Part shown: positions 26,393 through 30,864 of the stretch, one piece after another
How positions within the stretch are numbered: position 1 is the stretch's first letter
Layout: each line of letters begins with the position of its first letter
Origin: a bacterium
Lineage (GTDB): Bacteria; Zhuqueibacterota; Zhuqueibacteria; Oceanimicrobiales; Oceanimicrobiaceae
Direction of reading: 5' to 3'
DNA length: 30,864 nucleotides
Assembly: GCA_046757165.1 (NCBI GenBank)
Contig: JBHHXT010000041.1
Coordinates: 1 to 30,864, forward strand
Made by a program: the position numbers and the translations under genes
Notes under the pieces: model-generated
Told to the model about the DNA's origin: nothing
Seen by the model: only the letters and a program-made list of their open reading frames with translations
Databases searched by the model: none

Positions 26393-27703
26393 TTATTTGC
26401 TTTCCGCTTGCCACCACAAGCCCTGGTTGTACAGTCCCTTGACCTTGCCAACCAGCTCCCAGCCATGAAAGGGCGTGTTTTTTGATCTCGACCTGAGCCG
26501 TTGTTTGTCCACCACCCACTTCCTGTTTACATCGAGAATCGCCAGCGAGGCGAGCGCGCCTTTTTTGAGCGAACCCCGTTCGAGTTTCAAAATGGCTGCC
26601 GGCGCATGGGTCATTTTTTCGATCGCCTGCGGCAAAGTCAAAATCTGTGGCTGCACCAGGGTTTTCATCACCAGACCCAGGGCGGTCTCCAGCCCGATGA
26701 TCCCAAATGGCGCCTGATTGAATTCCACCTCCTTTTCCTCAATCGAATGTGGCGCATGGTCGGTGGCGATCACATCGATCGTGCCATCCTTCAGCCCTGC
26801 GAGCATGGCCCCGACATCCTCACTCGTCCGCAGCGGTGGATTCATTTTGAAATTCGAATCGTAGGTCTCAATGGATTCATCGGTCAGAACAAAATGATGT
26901 GGCATCACTTCACAAGTCACTCGAATCCCTTTCTTCTTCGCCTGCCTCACCAGGTCGACTGAGTTTGCGGTCGAAATGTGAGCAATATGCAGTTTCGCCC
27001 CGGTGAATTGCGCGACTTGAATATCTCTCGCAACGATGATATCCTCTGAAATTCCCGGAATCCCGGGCAGTCCCAGCCGCGTCGAGACCGCGCTTTCGTT
27101 CATCACACCGTCTTTGGAAAGGGACTTGTCCTCGCAATGGTCAATAATCGGGACATCGAACATTTTTGCATATTCCATCGCCCGGCGCATCATTTCTGCG
27201 CTCGCAACTGCATCGCCATCATCAGAAAAGGCGACAGCGCCAGCCGCCACCAGGTCGCCCATCTCAACCACTTCCTGCCCTGCTCTGCCCCTGGACACGG
27301 CCGCGATCGGGAAAACATCCACGAGCAGGTCTCTCGCACGCTGTTTCAGGAATGTGATGACATCGGCTGTATCCGCAGTCGGCTCCGTATTGGGCATCGG
27401 ACAAATGCTTGTGAACCCGCCAGCCATTGCCGCCTCTGCGCCGGAGGCAACGGTTTCTTCATCCTCCCGGCCGGGTTCGCGCAAGTGGACGTGCATGTCG
27501 ATCAAACCCGGACAAAGGATATCGCCGTGCACGTCGACAACTTTGCCGTCGAATCCCTCAGGCTTGATCTTGCCAATTGCCTTGATCTTGCCCTTTTCCA
27601 CCAAAACGCTGGACTTCTCCTGAGTCAACTGCTCAGGATCCACCACAACGGCGTTCGTGAACAGGATTTTGTCTATTCTTTCGAGGGAATTTGAGAAGCT
27701 CAT
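26393..27703 (-). CDS. pyrC: Dihydroorotase (type I)
   Basis: DMHVHLREPG, MPNT, KMNPPLR and ATDHAPH motifs; start ATG 27703 (or GTG 27727). Confidence 0.95.
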   Translation of the reverse strand: MSFSNSLERIDKILFTNAVVVDPEQLTQEKSSVLVEKGKIKAIGKIKPEGFDGKVVDVHGDILCPGLIDMHVHLREPGREDEETVASGAEAAMAGGFTSICPMPNTEPTADTADVITFLKQRARDLLVDVFPIAAVSRGRAGQEVVEMGDLVAAGAVAFSDDGDAVASAEMMRRAMEYAKMFDVPIIDHCEDKSLSKDGVMNESAVSTRLGLPGIPGISEDIIVARDIQVAQFTGAKLHIAHISTANSVDLVRQAKKKGIRVTCEVMPHHFVLTDESIETYDSNFKMNPPLRTSEDVGAMLAGLKDGTIDVIATDHAPHSIEEKEVEFNQAPFGIIGLETALGLVMKTLVQPQILTLPQAIEKMTHAPAAILKLERGSLKKGALASLAILDVNRKWVVDKQRLRSRSKNTPFHGWELVGKVKGLYNQGLWWQAESK

Positions 27704-27737
27704 TGAACCAAACGACTCCGTCCACAATTGAGAAAAG

Positions 27738-28682
27738 CTAACATTCTGCCTCTCGAATCAACGGCTGCTGACCGCTCAGAAGATAGAGCACAGCCATTCT
27801 TACGGCCACACCATTGGTGACCTGGTCCAGAATCAGGGAAAAGTCGCAGTCCGCGAGCTCACTTTCGATTTCGACGCCGCGATTGATAGGTCCCGGATGC
27901 AAGATGGTGATCTCCTTCCCGGCACGCTCCAGTCTCTTCCGGGTGATGCCGAAAAGAGTATGATATTCGCGAACGGTAGAGAACAACCCTTTTTGCTGCC
28001 GTTCCAACTGTATTCTCAACACGTTCAGGACATCGGCCCACTCTATGGCCTCATCGATGTTGTAAAAGATCTTGGTGCCCCATTGCTCCGCCTGGTACGG
28101 CATAAAAGTCGATGGGCCGCACAGGCACACTTCTGCCCCCAGAGCCTGTAAGCCATATATGTTTGAGCGTGCCACCCTGCTGTGGGCAATATCCCCCACA
28201 ATGGCCACTTTCACCCCATCGAGACGCTCGAATTTGTCACGCAACGTCATCAGATCGAGCAGGCCCTGGGTGGGATGTTCATGCTGTCCGTCACCAGCGT
28301 TGATAATAACCGCGTCCACGCACTGGGTGAGAAAGTAGGGAGCGCCGGCAGCACTGTGGCGAATCACGACCATGTCAATTTTCATGGCCTCAATGTTGCG
28401 CGCGGTGTCACGCAACGTCTCTCCCTTCTTGACGGAAGAGGCGGCGGTAGAGAAACTCACAGAATCAGCCGAGAGTCTTTTTTCTGCCAGCTCAAAGGAG
28501 ATGCGTGTGCGAGTGGAGGCTTCAAAAAACAAATTGACAATCGTTTTACCCCGCAGAGTTGGGACTTTGGGGATAGGACGGGAAAGAACTTCTTTGAAAG
28601 ATTCAGCGGTGTCGAGAATATGTAAGATTTCTTCTTTGGAAAACCCCTCCAGACCCAACAAATGTTTACGATTGAATGCCAA
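27738..28682 (-). CDS. pyrB: Aspartate carbamoyltransferase catalytic subunit
   Basis: [19 protein letters not shown] and HPGPINRG motifs. Confidence 0.97.
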   Translation of the reverse strand: MAFNRKHLLGLEGFSKEEILHILDTAESFKEVLSRPIPKVPTLRGKTIVNLFFEASTRTRISFELAEKRLSADSVSFSTAASSVKKGETLRDTARNIEAMKIDMVVIRHSAAGAPYFLTQCVDAVIINAGDGQHEHPTQGLLDLMTLRDKFERLDGVKVAIVGDIAHSRVARSNIYGLQALGAEVCLCGPSTFMPYQAEQWGTKIFYNIDEAIEWADVLNVLRIQLERQQKGLFSTVREYHTLFGITRKRLERAGKEITILHPGPINRGVEIESELADCDFSLILDQVTNGVAVRMAVLYLLSGQQPLIREAEC

Positions 28683-29237
28683 TTATGCTTCCCTTGTAGA
28701 CTCGATCAATAACACGCCGTCGTGATTATCTATCTCCCTGACTTTGACCTTAACCTCCTCCCCTGAGGCTGTTTGGAGTGTCATGCCGACATAATCAGCA
28801 CGAATGGGCAGTTCACGGTGGCCACGGTCAACCAGCACGGCGAGTTGAATCGCCACAGGCCGGCCAAAATCAATGATTTCATCTAGCGCGGCCCTGACCG
28901 TGCGGCCGGTGTAAAGCACATCATCGACGATGATGACGGCTTTGCCATCGATGTCGAACTTGATTTCAGTGCTCTGCACCACCGGCTGCTTGATCTTCTT
29001 GTAGACATCGTCGCGGTACATGGTGACGTCGAGCGTACCGAGAGGTAGCTCCTTGCCTTCTATCTGTCTGATTTTCGCATTCAGCCTTTCCGCCAGGGGT
29101 AGGCCGCGCGTCCGGATGCCCAGCAGCACCACGTTGTCCACTCCACGATTGCGCTCGACAATTTCATGTGCCAGACGCGTGAGCGTGCGGTTCAAGCCTG
29201 CCGCATCCATAATTTCTGTTTCGCGTGCTTTCGCCAT
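28683..29237 (-). CDS. pyrR: PyrR bifunctional regulator / uracil phosphoribosyltransferase
   Basis: GIRTRG, YRDD, VDDVLYTGRT and DRGHRELPI motifs; start ATG 29237 or GTG 29249. Confidence 0.95.
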   Translation of the reverse strand: MAKARETEIMDAAGLNRTLTRLAHEIVERNRGVDNVVLLGIRTRGLPLAERLNAKIRQIEGKELPLGTLDVTMYRDDVYKKIKQPVVQSTEIKFDIDGKAVIIVDDVLYTGRTVRAALDEIIDFGRPVAIQLAVLVDRGHRELPIRADYVGMTLQTASGEEVKVKVREIDNHDGVLLIESTREA

Positions 29238-29249
29238 AACATTGGCCAC

Positions 29250-29335
29250 AAAAAAGCCTTCTTCGCGTCCACGAGAAGGCATTTATCAACGAACCTCTTT
29301 CCGATGGGTTTCGAAAGTCAAGGGCGTGAAATTCC
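29250..29335 (-). promoter_or_regulatory. pyr operon attenuator-like leader with intrinsic terminator
   Basis: GCCUUCU-CGUGGACGCGA-AGAAGGC-UUUUUU (29280-29250) lies between the promoter and pyrR; an upstream hairpin region contains GAGGU. Confidence 0.7.
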
Positions 29336-29342
29336 GGCGCTA

Positions 29343-29371
29343 ATGTTACTCATATTTTTGTTCATTGTCAA
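29343..29371 (-). promoter_or_regulatory. sigma70 promoter of the pyrR operon
   Basis: TTGACA-N17-TAACAT. Confidence 0.82.
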
Positions 29372-29373
29372 GC

Positions 29374-29401
29374 AAAAAAGGGAGCCTCAAAGGCTCCCTT
29401 T
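29374..29401 (-). terminator. Rho-independent terminator after the M23 gene
   Basis: AAAGGGAGCCT-caa-AGGCTCCCTTT stem with a U-tract on the minus strand. Confidence 0.85.
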
Positions 29402-29423
29402 GTCGTACTCATTTGTTGCGAAT

Positions 29424-30356
29424 TCAATCCAGGATGTAATCTTCAGGATTCTGCGGACCGCCATTCAACCACACTTCGTAGTGCAGGTGTGGCCCGGTCG
29501 CACGGCCCGTATCGCCAGAAAGACCAATCTGCTCCCAGCGCTTGACTCGCTGACCCGGCTTGACCAACACTTTCGAAAGGTGACCGTAGAGAGTTTTGTA
29601 GCCAAATCCGTGATTGATAATAACAACACGGCCATAGCCCTTGTTAAGCCGGTACCGTTTGCGAGTGAATTCAACCACGCCATCGGCAGCCGAGTAAATC
29701 TTGGTGCCATAGCGCGCGGCAAGGTCAACACCATTGTGATGCTTGACACGCTCGACAAAGGGGTCTTTGCGAATGCCAAATTTGTCGGTAATCCGGGCGC
29801 CGAGAACAGGCTTGATGGAGGGGATGTGCTTGATCTTCTTTTGAGTATGCAGGAACTTATCCTCAATGACGCCCTGAATTGCCGTGGCTCTCTGAACTCT
29901 CGCCTCCAGGGCCGCAAGATATTTGGACATCTTGTCCGCCTGATACTCGTAATCAACAGGCATGGAGGCCATCACCAGATCTTTGTTGCTGAGCAGGTGG
30001 ATGTTTTGACTGTCTACATCGGTTGAGGTGAGGCCCACCAGAACCTCCAGATCCTCGGTATCCTCTTCTAAGACAACCAGTTTGTTGTTCAGATTTTCGA
30101 CGCTGCTTTGCAAGGATTTGATTTTCTTCTTGAGATAATGATTCGTCTTGGCCAACGAGCTGTTTGTATTGTTCTGATACAGCTTGTTGCTGATTGAAAC
30201 AGAGCCCATAAAGATGCAGCCGACACCGACTGCAACCAGAAGCAGGTACATGAGAACGCGCTGCAGGCTAAACTCAAACTGACGAAACTCTGTCTCACTG
30301 GTCGAGAAGAAAATCAAACGGATTTTGTCCAATCTGCTGGGTCGTTTTAACTTCAT
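29424..30356 (-). CDS. M23 family peptidoglycan endopeptidase with TM anchor and coiled coil
   Basis: HNGVD, YGHLS and TGPHLHYEV motifs; N-terminal TM helix and coiled coil. Confidence 0.93.
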   Translation of the reverse strand: MKLKRPSRLDKIRLIFFSTSETEFRQFEFSLQRVLMYLLLVAVGVGCIFMGSVSISNKLYQNNTNSSLAKTNHYLKKKIKSLQSSVENLNNKLVVLEEDTEDLEVLVGLTSTDVDSQNIHLLSNKDLVMASMPVDYEYQADKMSKYLAALEARVQRATAIQGVIEDKFLHTQKKIKHIPSIKPVLGARITDKFGIRKDPFVERVKHHNGVDLAARYGTKIYSAADGVVEFTRKRYRLNKGYGRVVIINHGFGYKTLYGHLSKVLVKPGQRVKRWEQIGLSGDTGRATGPHLHYEVWLNGGPQNPEDYILD

Positions 30357-30864
30357 TGAATTCCTTCACCTATCATTCATTCATTACTGATTACCGCAAA
30401 CAACCATAACTCTCATAACACCCCTGGCCGCCTCCCTCGCCGCTGCTCAAAAAACATGATTCTCTTGCCAAAAAATTCTGGGAGTGCTAAAATCAGAATA
30501 AGCGCCGGGTGCTCCGCAGATAGAGCAAATCGCATTCCATCGTTTCTTGCAGTCCAGTATCTCGATTCACGCACTGTGCCACAAACTCATGTAATTACAG
30601 CAAATAATAGCAAAACTCCTGGCGATGATTCCAGGTCGGTGGAATCACAGTGCAGGGAACGATGACTTGAGATGATACAGTTGACGCCTGTAATGCGTAT
30701 CAAAATATAAGCAAAGAAACGGTTCAACACCATGCAAATTCTCGTAATCTTTGTTACATTCGGTCAACTATTGTATCGTCACCTATCTGTCAAACACCAA
30801 CTAGAACTTGACGCCGACATAGAACATGATCAAGCTCAGAATTAACAAGATGGCGCCTGACAGT

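Noticed and set aside
30357..30864. Long AT-rich region with two TTGACGCC motifs and a 69-aa ORF
   Set aside because: No convincing -10 at proper spacing and no RNA structure or coding signal; probably a divergent promoter region whose downstream gene lies outside the window

Overview
Bacterial chromosomal segment, probably from an FCB-superphylum lineage such as KSB1 or Calditrichota (inferred from gene content only). The left third (+ strand, ~0.5-9.6 kb) is an envelope glyco-modification cluster: three membrane GT2 glycosyltransferases, a radical SAM/twitch-SPASM enzyme, an LPG-synthase-TM (UPF0104) membrane protein, a NodB deacetylase, a lipoprotein and a PHP metallohydrolase. The rest is a co-directional minus-strand run: M23 peptidase, pyrR-pyrB-pyrC-pdaD-speB, rplM-rpsI-rpsB-tsf-pyrH-frr, then an NHL protein, a ~1170-aa putative outer-membrane protein, an Omp85/TamA-like protein, a DGGGP-synthase-like UbiA, dtd, maf, RodZ-like, mpl and a tandem-R3H protein. 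Intergenic DNA carries several families of palindromic REP/REPIN/MITE-like elements. An rpsB (S2) leader, a pyr attenuator-like leader, sigma70 promoters and terminators are visible. I found no rRNA, tRNA, CRISPR array or transposase. The best candidates for undescribed systems are the hpnIJKL-analogous glycolipid tailoring cluster, with a possible +1 frameshift fusion, and the NHL/large barrel/Omp85/DGGGPS module.
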